Source of the DNA: a virus
Taxonomy: Duplodnaviria; Caudoviricetes
Virus record (IMG/VR): IMGVR_UViG_3300020036_002473
Coordinates: 1 to 64,000 of that record
Strand: one strand, 5' to 3'
Length of the DNA: 64,000 nt
Shown: positions 46,536 to 56,238 of the stretch, in pieces
Layout: the number at the start of each line of letters is the position of its first letter
Numbering within the stretch: position 1 is the first letter of the stretch
Notes under the pieces: generated by a model
What the model was told of the DNA's origin: nothing
The model's database searches: none
Seen by the model: the letters and a program-made list of their open reading frames with translations, nothing else
Made by a program: the position numbers and the translations under genes

Positions 46536-46934
46536 TTGCGTAAATTATTGTTATTAACATTCCTTTTCATTTCACAGCAAGCCTTCTCTGCAACAACAGA
46601 AGACATGTGCAAGGCTCTCACAATTTACAAAGAAGCTAACACAGAGAGCCTTGCTGGAAAGCGAGCTGTGCTTGATGTTATCCAGACTAGGATGAGAAAG
46701 CAGAACAAAACAGCGTGTCAAATTATTAAGCAACCTAAGCAATTCTCTTGGCACAAGCGTGGAATGAAGCTACATGCTACGAAAGATATGTTGACAACAT
46801 TTTACAGGATTGATAAGATGGCTCCTGTTTACAAGAATGCTGAATTCTTTCACAATACGTCTGTCAAGCCTAATTGGAAGGGCTTAAAGAGAATTGGGAA
46901 GATTGGTGGGCATATTTTCTATGAGAGGAAATGA
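46536..46934 (+). CDS. Cell-wall hydrolase, SleB/Hydrolase_2 family
   Basis: 'ALTIYKEA..ES..G..AV..VI..R', 'QFSW', 'IGGHIFY'; N-terminal signal/anchor. Confidence 0.88.
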   Translation: MRKLLLLTFLFISQQAFSATTEDMCKALTIYKEANTESLAGKRAVLDVIQTRMRKQNKTACQIIKQPKQFSWHKRGMKLHATKDMLTTFYRIDKMAPVYKNAEFFHNTSVKPNWKGLKRIGKIGGHIFYERK

Positions 46935-47281
46935 GAATGATTAATACAAATTTAGCAACACAGCGTAACATCAGCAACGAGGACATTTTAAAGCTAGAGC
47001 GTTTACATGTAGCACGAGACAGCTTACATTATGCTATCCAGCAGGCTTATGGGGCAGGCTCTCGGAAGCTGGTGAAAGCCATTGCAGATGTGCTTCCAAT
47101 GGTTGAGGAGGAGCTACAGAAGCTGTGGGGGTTTCCTGTGAACAGCAATTACTATAAATTCTGGAGTGCTCCAATGTGCTCCTGTGCTGTAATGGATAAT
47201 GAGGACAACTACCCTCACGGCTATTACACGATTAATAATAGCTGCTGGCTACATGGAGAGGAAAAGGATGAACAAATTTAA
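46931..47281 (+). CDS. Hypothetical protein
   Basis: 'LQKLWGFP...CSCAVMDN...CWLHG', a conserved-looking metal motif. Confidence 0.7.
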   Translation: MRMINTNLATQRNISNEDILKLERLHVARDSLHYAIQQAYGAGSRKLVKAIADVLPMVEEELQKLWGFPVNSNYYKFWSAPMCSCAVMDNEDNYPHGYYTINNSCWLHGEEKDEQI

Positions 47282-47438
47282 GCAGGAGTTTGAAGGCAAG
47301 TTTAGTGAGTTTGCATATTCACGTTTAGCGGGTAATCACTTCACTTTTAGTTGTGACGCTATTTGCTCAGAAGAATACCAGTGGATGCTTGCTAGTATGC
47401 AAGAATTTATTGATGAGAATTATAAGGAGATGGAATGA
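47268..47438 (+). CDS. Small hypothetical protein
   Basis: Start MNKFKQ after GAGG. Confidence 0.6.
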   Translation: MNKFKQEFEGKFSEFAYSRLAGNHFTFSCDAICSEEYQWMLASMQEFIDENYKEME

Positions 47439-47611
47439 ATGAGGGTGATGAGGACAACACACAATATCATTTAGACTATGACGGAAACATCTTGCTAGAT
47501 GAATTTGGAGAGCCTATCCCAATGTCTATTTGCATCTGTGCTGCTTATTGTAGCTGTGAATGTTGTTGTGGAAGCTGGGATGGCGTTGAATGTACATGTT
47601 GGGATAATTAA
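47435..47611 (+). CDS. Cys-rich acidic miniprotein (58 aa)
   Basis: Manual ORF with AAGGAG RBS and ATGA coupling; 9 Cys within 23 residues. Confidence 0.65.
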   Translation: MNEGDEDNTQYHLDYDGNILLDEFGEPIPMSICICAAYCSCECCCGSWDGVECTCWDN

Positions 47612-47622
47612 AAGGATAATGT

Positions 47623-48660
47623 ATGACAATTAAAAAACTAGGCAAGAGCAACATTTCAGCAGAGATTGTGGCAGACTCTCGTAGCAGTGTTGATGGCACA
47701 CGTATTACGACATTCGTAATTGAATACCCTCGCTTCATTCTAAGTGAATTGAACACGCATCGAATGTTCTCACGTAACTCTGCAAGTTCACGAGCTATTC
47801 CTATTGCAAAGGTGATTGAGAATGTGCAAGCAAATTGTGCTATGCCTGTTGCTTGGGGAGCTAATCAAGCTGGAATGCAGGCTGAGAAGGAATGTGCGAA
47901 CCTTGTTATGCTATATAACAACGGAGATGACGCAGAATACCAACTTGGAGTGGCACCAGAAGAAGCTTGGAAGCAAGCCTCAGAGGAAGCTGTTACAATT
48001 GCTGAAGCATTCTCTAGAGCAGGCTACCACAAACAAATTGCCAATCGTTTGTTAGAGCCATTTCAGATGATGCGAACAATTGTTACGTCAACAGATTATG
48101 AGAACTTCTTTCACCTACGTTGTCACAAGGATGCAGACCCGACAATTCAGGAGCTTGCTCGCTGCATGAAGGAGGCTTACGAGGAGAGTGAAGAGAAAGG
48201 CTTAGTGGAGTTGCTAGATGTTGGTGAATGGCATACACCTTTTGTTCACCACTATCGTGGTGTTGACGATCTATGGGAAGTTGGCTTATCCTATGGCCTG
48301 TCTGTTTGGGATGAAGGGATTAAAGGCTGGAGATTAGATCAGGAGCTAACACTAGAAGAAGCCTTAAAAGTATCTTCTAGTTGCTGTGCTCAAGTGAGCT
48401 TTCGCAAGCTAGACACAAGCTTAGAGAAGGCTATCAGCATTTATGATAAGCTTGTTAATAGCAAGCCTGTACATGCCAGTGCTTTGGAGCATTGTGCTAC
48501 GCCTATTATCAAGAAAGAAGATTGGGTAAGCCCTTTTGACATGCTAGGTACTGATGGTGTAACACATATGGATAAAGATGGCAATTATTATTCAGGTAAT
48601 TTCAAATCGTTTATTCAGTATCGGCAGATTATTAAGGATAATGTTTATAAGGGAGGATAG
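47623..48660 (+). CDS. thyX: FAD-dependent thymidylate synthase
   Basis: 'ELNTHRMFSRNSASSRAIP' ThyX motif; 'HKQIANRLLEPF'. Confidence 0.93.
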   Translation: MTIKKLGKSNISAEIVADSRSSVDGTRITTFVIEYPRFILSELNTHRMFSRNSASSRAIPIAKVIENVQANCAMPVAWGANQAGMQAEKECANLVMLYNNGDDAEYQLGVAPEEAWKQASEEAVTIAEAFSRAGYHKQIANRLLEPFQMMRTIVTSTDYENFFHLRCHKDADPTIQELARCMKEAYEESEEKGLVELLDVGEWHTPFVHHYRGVDDLWEVGLSYGLSVWDEGIKGWRLDQELTLEEALKVSSSCCAQVSFRKLDTSLEKAISIYDKLVNSKPVHASALEHCATPIIKKEDWVSPFDMLGTDGVTHMDKDGNYYSGNFKSFIQYRQIIKDNVYKGG

Positions 48661-49065
48661 ATGCAAAACACTGAATCATGGCTTCCAGACAATTACAATC
48701 AAATGCAAACAATCTCCGAAGAAGATGCTTGTGCTTTAAAATGGTATTTGAAGAGCTGCGGGGTTGACACAAACTACTACTGCCTGTCCAATCATAAGAA
48801 ATGCGATTGGTATTCTAAGGCACTACACTATGTTGCTTTAGGGAAAGGGTTAGATGTAGAGAGTATGCTTCGTCTTGTATTCTCCGAGCAGGACGGAAGA
48901 GGCGTTGACGGGTTTATTACAGCTAACACAATCCCATTAAAAGGTATGTTCTTTGCTGAAGTGGATTATAAGAAATATGTGGAAGTGCAATGGGATAAAT
49001 TTGTGAAGCAGGTGAAGTATGTTATTCAGTTAAGGAAATTGCTAATGGATACGAGGATTAAATGA
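48661..49065 (+). CDS. Hypothetical protein
   Basis: GGAGG RBS. Confidence 0.7.
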   Translation: MQNTESWLPDNYNQMQTISEEDACALKWYLKSCGVDTNYYCLSNHKKCDWYSKALHYVALGKGLDVESMLRLVFSEQDGRGVDGFITANTIPLKGMFFAEVDYKKYVEVQWDKFVKQVKYVIQLRKLLMDTRIK

Positions 49066-49214
49066 CAAATAAAGAGCTTATTGAAATTCTTTCACAATAT
49101 CCAGATGATGCACAAGTAGAGGCACATTGCCCTAGTGATGGCTACTACTATTTGGTGGAGAATATTAAATTTAATATTGATGGGCGCATTATGTTGGCAG
49201 AATAGGGAGGGAAT

Positions 49215-50969
49215 GTGGCTTATGTAGAGAGCAAGCAGCCTTGTCCCCGTTGTGTACGTAATGGACGGGACAAGGCAGGGGATAATTTTCATTTCTATGG
49301 AGATGGACGTGGAGGCCACTGTTTCAGCTGTGGATATACGATGCTGTCAGATGCTGAAAAAGAAGCTCGTGGAATAGATAAATTTGAATGGGATGAAGAA
49401 CAGGAGAAAATTGTGAGCACGAAGGAGGTTATTACGCCAGAGGAATCTGAGCAAATTAAGAGCTACACAGGGACAAAGGGGCATGAAAGCCGTGGTATTA
49501 CGGATGAGACGTATAAGGCTTATGCTGTGCGTTTTGAATACAGCGAGGAAACTGGAGAGCCTACAAAGCACTATTATCCATACACTGAGAACTATAAAGC
49601 TGCCGGATATAAAATCCGCATTCTGCCCAAGGATTTTACAACAGTGGGGAAAATTGGGAAGCAGAGTGAGTTGTTTGGGCAATGGAAGTTTAAGAATAGT
49701 AATTCTAAGAATGTTGTGATTTGCTCTGGTGAAGTGGATTGTTTGTCAGCTTTTCAGATGCTTGAAAACTATCGTAAATCTCGTAATGGAGATTTTGAGC
49801 CTACTCCAGTGGTTAGCTCTGGAATTGGAGAGACAGGGAGCTACAAACAAATTCAGCTTCAGTATGAATGGCTTAATCGTTTTGATAAGATTATCATCTG
49901 CTACGACATGGACACAGCTGGAAAAGATGCTATTAAAACTCTAGTGAAAGTGCTACCTAAAGGTAAGATGTTTGTCATGGAGCTTCCAGCTAAAGACACA
50001 AACGAGATGCTTTCAAAGGGTAAGGAGAAGGCTTGGATTGACGCTTATTATAAGGCTAAACCTTATAGCCCTGACGGGATTGTTGGGAGCAGTGGATTGC
50101 TTGATAAAATTAAAGAAGCAGCATTAATTCCTAAAGTTCCCCTCCCAGCTTTCATGCACGAGGTAGAAAAACAGATGGCTGGGGGCATTCCTTTAGGTGT
50201 TATTGTGAATTTAGCTTCCTCTTCCGGCAGTGGAAAGAGTACGATTGTTGATGAATGCACATATTTCTGGGCTTTTAACAGCCCACACAAGCTTGGAGTA
50301 GTTACTTTAGAGAGCGATTGTGCACAATACGGAACAAAAATACTGTCTCGCCACATCTCTCAGAAGATTGACCTCATTGAGAACAATGAAGATAAGTTGA
50401 AGTTGTTAAACAGCGATTACATAGAGGAAAAATCTAACGAGCTATTCCTAAACCCTGATGGTAGTGACAGGTGGATGCTTATTGAAGAGCGCGATGGTGG
50501 GCTAGAGAGTATGAAGGCTTTAATTATGGAACTTATTATCTCTTGCGAGTGTAAGTTGATAATTTTAGACCCTGTGAGTGACCTTCTTGAATCGCTGGAC
50601 AATGAAACTCAAGCTGGCTTTTGTAAATGGATGAAGGGGATTGTGAAGTCTCATGGGATAACATTTATTAATGTAGCTCATGTGAGAAAGTCTGCCAGCA
50701 ACCAAAAGGCAAATTCGACAGGTGCAGTTATGCACGAAGAAGATATTTTTGGAAGTGGTAGCTTGATTAAATCTGCTGCATGTAACCTTCTATTCACCCG
50801 AAACAAAGAGGCAGAGGATGCAATTGAACGAAATACAATTTCTATGCTTATGTCTAAATGCCGATGGACTGGTAGAACAGGTATTGCAGGACAATATTAC
50901 TATGATAACGAGTCACACACTTTATTTGACAAAGCTGATTGGCTCAGAACACAAGGAAACAACTTCTAA
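49215..50969 (+). CDS. Primase-helicase, T7 gp4-like
   Basis: Zn finger CPRC...CFSC, TOPRIM 'SGEVDCLS...DMDTAG...KDTNE', helicase 'SGSGKS', 'IILDP', 'VAHVRK'. Confidence 0.95.
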   Translation: MAYVESKQPCPRCVRNGRDKAGDNFHFYGDGRGGHCFSCGYTMLSDAEKEARGIDKFEWDEEQEKIVSTKEVITPEESEQIKSYTGTKGHESRGITDETYKAYAVRFEYSEETGEPTKHYYPYTENYKAAGYKIRILPKDFTTVGKIGKQSELFGQWKFKNSNSKNVVICSGEVDCLSAFQMLENYRKSRNGDFEPTPVVSSGIGETGSYKQIQLQYEWLNRFDKIIICYDMDTAGKDAIKTLVKVLPKGKMFVMELPAKDTNEMLSKGKEKAWIDAYYKAKPYSPDGIVGSSGLLDKIKEAALIPKVPLPAFMHEVEKQMAGGIPLGVIVNLASSSGSGKSTIVDECTYFWAFNSPHKLGVVTLESDCAQYGTKILSRHISQKIDLIENNEDKLKLLNSDYIEEKSNELFLNPDGSDRWMLIEERDGGLESMKALIMELIISCECKLIILDPVSDLLESLDNETQAGFCKWMKGIVKSHGITFINVAHVRKSASNQKANSTGAVMHEEDIFGSGSLIKSAACNLLFTRNKEAEDAIERNTISMLMSKCRWTGRTGIAGQYYYDNESHTLFDKADWLRTQGNNF

Positions 50970-51114
50970 TGGCAGTAGCTAGAAAGAATATTGTAAATGT
51001 GGGTGACGTAAGCCCTCACCACGACTTATTCTTGGACGTAAGGGACTTCGTCGAAGATTATATTGAGAATGTTGCAAAATAACAGGAAGTTTGTTGAGCG
51101 CAGCGAGAAACCCC

Positions 51115-51143
51115 TTGCCATCCCAACAAACATGCTGTAAGCT
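51115..51143 (+). promoter_or_regulatory. sigma70 promoter
   Basis: TTGCCA N17 TAAGCT with TG. Confidence 0.65.
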
Positions 51144-51178
51144 ATCTACACAAATTCATAAACAAGGAGAAAGATAAT

Positions 51179-51559
51179 ATGGAAATTACACAAGACATCT
51201 ATTTCGACGTAGCCAAACATGCAAACGCTTGGGGTGTTGCTCATGAGGAGGCTAGTAAACGTATTCAAGAGTTTTTGTTTGAGAGTAGCATTTATTGGGC
51301 TGGCGCAAGTCGTGGAGATATTTTTGCTGCGGAAGCTCTCTATTTGTTTGTGCGAGAAAAAGATATTACATATTCGTACTTTGCCGGAACGTCAGCAATA
51401 GAAGCCACCCTGCAAGCCTCTACAACATATACGCTTCATATTGAACAACTAAAGGCTAAAGAGGAAGATAATGAAATTATCCAGCTTCTTGGCAAGAAAT
51501 ATTCTAAAGCTGATATTGAGAAAGCTCTTCAGCTTCTTACACCGAAGGAGGAAGTATAA
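51179..51559 (+). CDS. Hypothetical protein
   Basis: AAGGAG RBS. Confidence 0.75.
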   Translation: MEITQDIYFDVAKHANAWGVAHEEASKRIQEFLFESSIYWAGASRGDIFAAEALYLFVREKDITYSYFAGTSAIEATLQASTTYTLHIEQLKAKEEDNEIIQLLGKKYSKADIEKALQLLTPKEEV

Positions 51560-52236
51560 TGTCACACCCTATTAAGTTTAAAGATTTACTGGGAAAACGT
51601 ATCATGCGAGTGGAAGTTACAGACTCTGAGGTGTTCTTACACACTTCTAGTGGATTCTACAACCTCTACCACGAACAAGATTGTTGTGAAGATGTTTACG
51701 TAGAAGATGTCTGCGGGGACATTGACGATATTGTAGGGATTATCACAGAAGCTGAAGAAGTGGTTAGCGAAGACAATATCAAAGATGGAGATGAAAGCGG
51801 TACATGGACATTCTACAAGCTAGGCACACAGAAAGGCTCTGTTACAATCCGTTTCTACGGCACAAGCAATGGGTATTATTCTGAGAGAGTAAACTGTGTC
51901 TATGTGGATAACGGGTATTCTACAGCTCGTGGAAAGATGCTTAGCTATCTCTCAAAGAACGCTAGCAAGGGCGGTGTGAGCATGGAGCATTCAAAGATGT
52001 TAGACCATGAGCTACTGGAATGTTATACCAAAGCTGTTGACAATGCTTCTCGTGAAAGCCAGAAGCATATTGACCTATCTCGTATTCAGAAGCTCGACAA
52101 GGGGATACTACTTCCCTATCTTATTAAGACTGTTGCGGAAGAGAAAGTAGATATTTTTCTCCTGAAAGAAACAGATAATGGTGATGGAACAAACACGCAT
52201 ATTCTTGAAATTGTCAGTAAGAAGGAGGAAGCATGA
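51559..52236 (+). CDS. Hypothetical two-domain protein
   Basis: N-domain 'LYHEQDCCEDVYVED...WTFYKLGT.KG.VTIRFYGTSNGYYSE' is a widespread phage family. Confidence 0.75.
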   Translation: MSHPIKFKDLLGKRIMRVEVTDSEVFLHTSSGFYNLYHEQDCCEDVYVEDVCGDIDDIVGIITEAEEVVSEDNIKDGDESGTWTFYKLGTQKGSVTIRFYGTSNGYYSERVNCVYVDNGYSTARGKMLSYLSKNASKGGVSMEHSKMLDHELLECYTKAVDNASRESQKHIDLSRIQKLDKGILLPYLIKTVAEEKVDIFLLKETDNGDGTNTHILEIVSKKEEA

Positions 52237-52517
52237 ACATACAAGCCCTAGCAACAATTGTAGAGGACATGAATAAGGCCCTCTACAAAGCCCTTCCAGA
52301 TGTTGAAGGCATTCATCTGCGTTATTATGATAGTAGCTTCTGGCTATTACAATGGGAAGAAGAGATTCTTATCAACTCTGTAGCAGATAGTTTAGAGGAT
52401 GATTTAGGAGCCTACACGTTAGCTCAAATGCAAGAAATGCTTGCAAAACGCTTTGCAAAGGCGTATGCTGAGAAGCTTGTTGATAAATTAGAGGAGAAGT
52501 GTAATGAGCCTTTCTGA
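52233..52517 (+). CDS. Hypothetical protein
   Basis: GGAGG RBS. Confidence 0.7.
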   Translation: MNIQALATIVEDMNKALYKALPDVEGIHLRYYDSSFWLLQWEEEILINSVADSLEDDLGAYTLAQMQEMLAKRFAKAYAEKLVDKLEEKCNEPF

Positions 52518-52791
52518 GAGTGTTTTACAGAGCCAGATTGCTTTGAACCAGAACCAAATTAGGATGCTACATTTCTGGGTAGATGATGCTTTTAGTGAGA
52601 TGTATCAACATATTCATCATTATAAATACTATGCCGGATTGAAAGTTGAGAAAGAGCACATTAAAAAGATTAAGCAAGGGCATTACAAAGTTATTGATGC
52701 GCGTAAGCGAGAGATTGCTAAATACGTCAAATTGCAGAAGGCTTGGAAGGATGAGCTTAAGGCTGTTCGACAGCGGAAAGTTCTGTGGTGA
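52504..52791 (+). CDS. Hypothetical protein
   Basis: GAGGAG RBS. Confidence 0.7.
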   Translation: MSLSESVLQSQIALNQNQIRMLHFWVDDAFSEMYQHIHHYKYYAGLKVEKEHIKKIKQGHYKVIDARKREIAKYVKLQKAWKDELKAVRQRKVLW

Positions 52792-52800
52792 CATTGTATA

Positions 52801-52986
52801 ATGCCAATATTCAAGTGTAGAAGTTGTAAGAAAGAGTACACAGTTTTTCAGGAAGCTGCGAGGTGTTGTTATGGAGCCTTTACAGGGCACTGTGATAAGA
52901 ACATGACAAAGGAGCAATGGCAGGAGGCTTGGGAGAGGCTTTGCAGGGATAATGGGGTTGTGTGTTTGGGTGGGAAGAAAGAATAA
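52801..52986 (+). CDS. Small zinc-finger-like protein
   Basis: 'CRSC...CC'. Confidence 0.55.
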   Translation: MPIFKCRSCKKEYTVFQEAARCCYGAFTGHCDKNMTKEQWQEAWERLCRDNGVVCLGGKKE

Positions 52987-52998
52987 GGAGAAGAATGT

Positions 52999-54924
52999 AT
53001 GGCAGTGTATGCAGCAGACATTGAGACAACAGGGCTATTGGATGATATGTACAAGCAAGAACATCCAAAGCTTCATAATATTTGTGGTATTAACATTGAG
53101 ACAGATGAGATTGTGTTGTTTGAAGGCTCTGATAAATCCAAGATTCAAGCTTGGCTTGATGAAGGGCATACATTCGTCACACACAATTGCTATACATATG
53201 ATATGCCAGCCTTAGAGTTTCTGGGGTTTGGTGTGTCTAATGTTAAGTGGATTGATAGCTTGGCTATTTCTTGGTATCTGGAACCAGAAAGAATGAAGCA
53301 TGGCCTTGCAGAGTATGGAGAAGATTTTGGTGTCAAGAAGCCTATTATTGAGAATTGGGAAAACCAAACACAAGAAGAATACAACCATCGTGTTATAGAG
53401 GATTGTAAGATTCAGAAGCTCTTATGGCAGAAGCAGACAAAGATGCTCAACACATTGTATGGTGATTCAGGGTATGAGCGTGTCCTTAATTATCTAATGT
53501 GGAAAATGCAATGCTTACGTATGCAGCAAGACAACAAATGGAAGCTTGATGTTGATGGTGCTAATAAGCTCAGAGTGTTGCTAGAAGCTGAGATTGAACG
53601 CAAGGTGGATGCTCTTAAAGAGGTTATGCCTAAAGTGCCTGAGTATGTTGTTCGTAAGCGTCCAGCAAAGCCCTTCAAGATGGATGGCTCTCTATCAGCA
53701 TCTGGAGAGAATTGGAAAGCTTTGACAGAAGAGCATAAACTCCCATTTGAGCACACAGGAGATATTAAGGTTGTTAAAGGTTGGAATATTGGTAATCCTT
53801 CTTCTCACGTACAGATGAAAGCATGGCTTGATGGGCTTGGATGGGAACCAGAGACATTTAAATTCATTCGTGAGGATGATGGCTCAACACGTAAGATTCC
53901 CCAGATCAATCTTAAAGGTGGTGAGATTTGCCAGTCCGTAAAAGATTTAATTCCTAAGTGTGCTGGAATTGAACACATTGCAGGGCTTGGAATTCTTAAC
54001 CATAGGCTTAGTGTTGTTAATGGGTGGCTTCGTGATAGCGTAGATGGCTGCATTACAGCACGAGCACAAGGCTTTACCAATACGCTGCGTATGCAGCACA
54101 AAGAATATTGCAACACACCTTCCACTCGTGTTCCTTATGGAAGTGAACTGCGAAGCCTTCTTGTAGCTAGAGAAGGACATACTCTTTGTGGTAGTGACTT
54201 AAGTGGCGTAGAGAACTATATTAAGAACCATTTCCAATGGCACATTGATAGAGAATATGTAAAGACACAATTATCTGATGGATATTGCCCACACTTAAGT
54301 ATTTGCGTATCAGCAGGGATGATGAGCGAAGAGGATGCTGAGTGGTATAAATGGTATAAGAAGCAAAGTGAGCACACACCAGAGTTTGATAAGAAGTTTG
54401 CTGCTCTTGACGCTATCCGTTCTGTAGGAAAATCCACCAACTACGCATGCCAATACGGATCGGGGGTCGAGACTTTGGCGAGAACAGCGAAGGTTAGTAA
54501 GAAAGCTGCAAAGATGTTACATGAGGGATACAACAAGCTTAACTGGTCCGTCCCTAAGATTGCTTCAATGATGGTGGTGAAGAGCACAGCATTTGGAAAT
54601 TGGCAGCTTAATCCTGTTAATAAGTTTTGGTATTCTTTGCGAACAGATAAAGATAGGTTTAGTACATTGGTGCAAGGTACAGCTGCATATGTATTTGATA
54701 TTTGGCTTTACCAATGCTACATCCTTGCTAAGAAGCGTAGAATGGAATATAAGATTCTTGCCCAATCCCATGATGACCAAGTCCTTGAATTTAAAGGAGA
54801 AATTCGTGACGACATTGAGAATCTTATACGAGATGCCTTAGTAAATGTTAATAAAACATTAAAACTTAATGTAGCTATCAAGTGTGATGTTATGTTTGGA
54901 AAGAATGGTAAGGAGATTCACTAA
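52999..54924 (+). CDS. polA: DNA polymerase, family A, with 3'-5' exonuclease
   Basis: Exo I 'DIET', Exo II 'HN..YD', motif A 'GSDLSGVE', motif B 'RSVGKSTNYACQYG', motif C 'SHDD'. Confidence 0.93.
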   Translation: MAVYAADIETTGLLDDMYKQEHPKLHNICGINIETDEIVLFEGSDKSKIQAWLDEGHTFVTHNCYTYDMPALEFLGFGVSNVKWIDSLAISWYLEPERMKHGLAEYGEDFGVKKPIIENWENQTQEEYNHRVIEDCKIQKLLWQKQTKMLNTLYGDSGYERVLNYLMWKMQCLRMQQDNKWKLDVDGANKLRVLLEAEIERKVDALKEVMPKVPEYVVRKRPAKPFKMDGSLSASGENWKALTEEHKLPFEHTGDIKVVKGWNIGNPSSHVQMKAWLDGLGWEPETFKFIREDDGSTRKIPQINLKGGEICQSVKDLIPKCAGIEHIAGLGILNHRLSVVNGWLRDSVDGCITARAQGFTNTLRMQHKEYCNTPSTRVPYGSELRSLLVAREGHTLCGSDLSGVENYIKNHFQWHIDREYVKTQLSDGYCPHLSICVSAGMMSEEDAEWYKWYKKQSEHTPEFDKKFAALDAIRSVGKSTNYACQYGSGVETLARTAKVSKKAAKMLHEGYNKLNWSVPKIASMMVVKSTAFGNWQLNPVNKFWYSLRTDKDRFSTLVQGTAAYVFDIWLYQCYILAKKRRMEYKILAQSHDDQVLEFKGEIRDDIENLIRDALVNVNKTLKLNVAIKCDVMFGKNGKEIH

Positions 54925-54925
54925 C

Positions 54926-54953
54926 TTGACAGAATAGGATTTCATGGTACTTT
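54926..54953 (+). promoter_or_regulatory. Late-class promoter for the endonuclease gene
   Basis: TTGACA N16 TACTTT with TG. Confidence 0.6.
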
Positions 54954-54984
54954 AACCTTACGTTTTAATTACATAGGTGGTATT

Positions 54985-56238
54985 GTGAATATAATTTATC
55001 TTTTAACAAATAAGACAAAGAGTAGTGGCAGAAGATTTTACATAGGCTCTAAATCAGAATGCACAGTTGTCCCAGTAGACGGTGTAATGACTATGATAGA
55101 TAGAAAAGGACTTCCTTACTACTCTTCGTCTTGCAGTATAGAGTTTTGGGAAGATTTTAAGCGTGGTGACGTATTTGAGGCTTCAATTCTTGAGGAGGTT
55201 TACGACAGATACGACCTGATAGCTACAGAGGATGCTCACATAGTAAAGAATGATGCAGTAATCTCGGATGAATATTACAACATATCGAATGCGTTTTTAA
55301 ACACTAGAAATGTTAATGCTATTGTAAACCTATACGGTGAGGACTTAGTAAGCTACGCTAAATCTAGATCAAATACTAGCAAGAAAGATAATACCGCAAA
55401 GGACTTAGGTTTCAAGAATTTTGGGGAGCTTGTTTTTGATATACATAAGAATTACAAAATTCTTCAGAATTGGGCTAGGGTGTCAGAGTTGTATGGGAAG
55501 GAGAGGCACTGGAGTAATGTGTATGCTTCCTCTTACAACATTGACAAAGCTCATACAGACATTGAGAAATGTTCTGAGAATGATGTCAGGTCTTTATATG
55601 CAAAGAAGTGCTCTCTTAGTAAAATCTGTGAAATTCTTTGTATAGAGCCACCAGCTGCTAGGGTGTTGCTGGGGGATTTTGCAGACAAGAAAACAAAACA
55701 ATTCAATGTAGCATACTTACTAGGTATGTCACAAGGAGAACTTGAGGCTAAGATAACCATAGATGTACTAAATGATGTCCCTATTAAAGATATTTGTACT
55801 AGATATGGTGTTAATGAAACATCTATGAAGCGGTATTTTATGAGATGTATAAGAAGGCACTTGTCTCCAGAAGATATATCACCTATAATACATGAGACGG
55901 AAGAGGAAATAGCAGAAGCAAGAAAAGCACGAAAGATAAAGCAAGCTAGGTTGTCAATGACAACATTAAAGAGTATGGTTGCTCACTTAAACACACCAGA
56001 ACCAGTGCAATCAAATAATAAATCTGGATACAGGTGCATAGCAATTAGGGTGTTATCTGGTGGTGGTATATCGTACTCTGTTGGTATTAGAGATGGGAAC
56101 AGTAAAACAACCCTAACATTTAATAGTGACAAATACGGAAGTCAGGAACTAGCATTAGAAGCAGCAATAAAATATAGAGATGAGCAGTTTGCTATTTTGG
56201 ATGCAAGGAGAGCCAATGTCAACCCGCCTAACACCTGA
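54985..56238 (+). mobile_element. Free-standing GIY-YIG endonuclease with a C-terminal AP2-like domain
   Basis: 'IIYLL...FYIGSK...Y.SS...YYN'; C-terminal 'SGY..I...YSVGI...TFNSDKYG.QELALEAAIKYR'. Confidence 0.75.

Noticed and set aside
49215-54924. Introns or inteins in the primase-helicase, polA or terL genes
   Set aside because: Each ORF is continuous, of normal length and has its motifs in order; the neighbouring endonucleases are free-standing.
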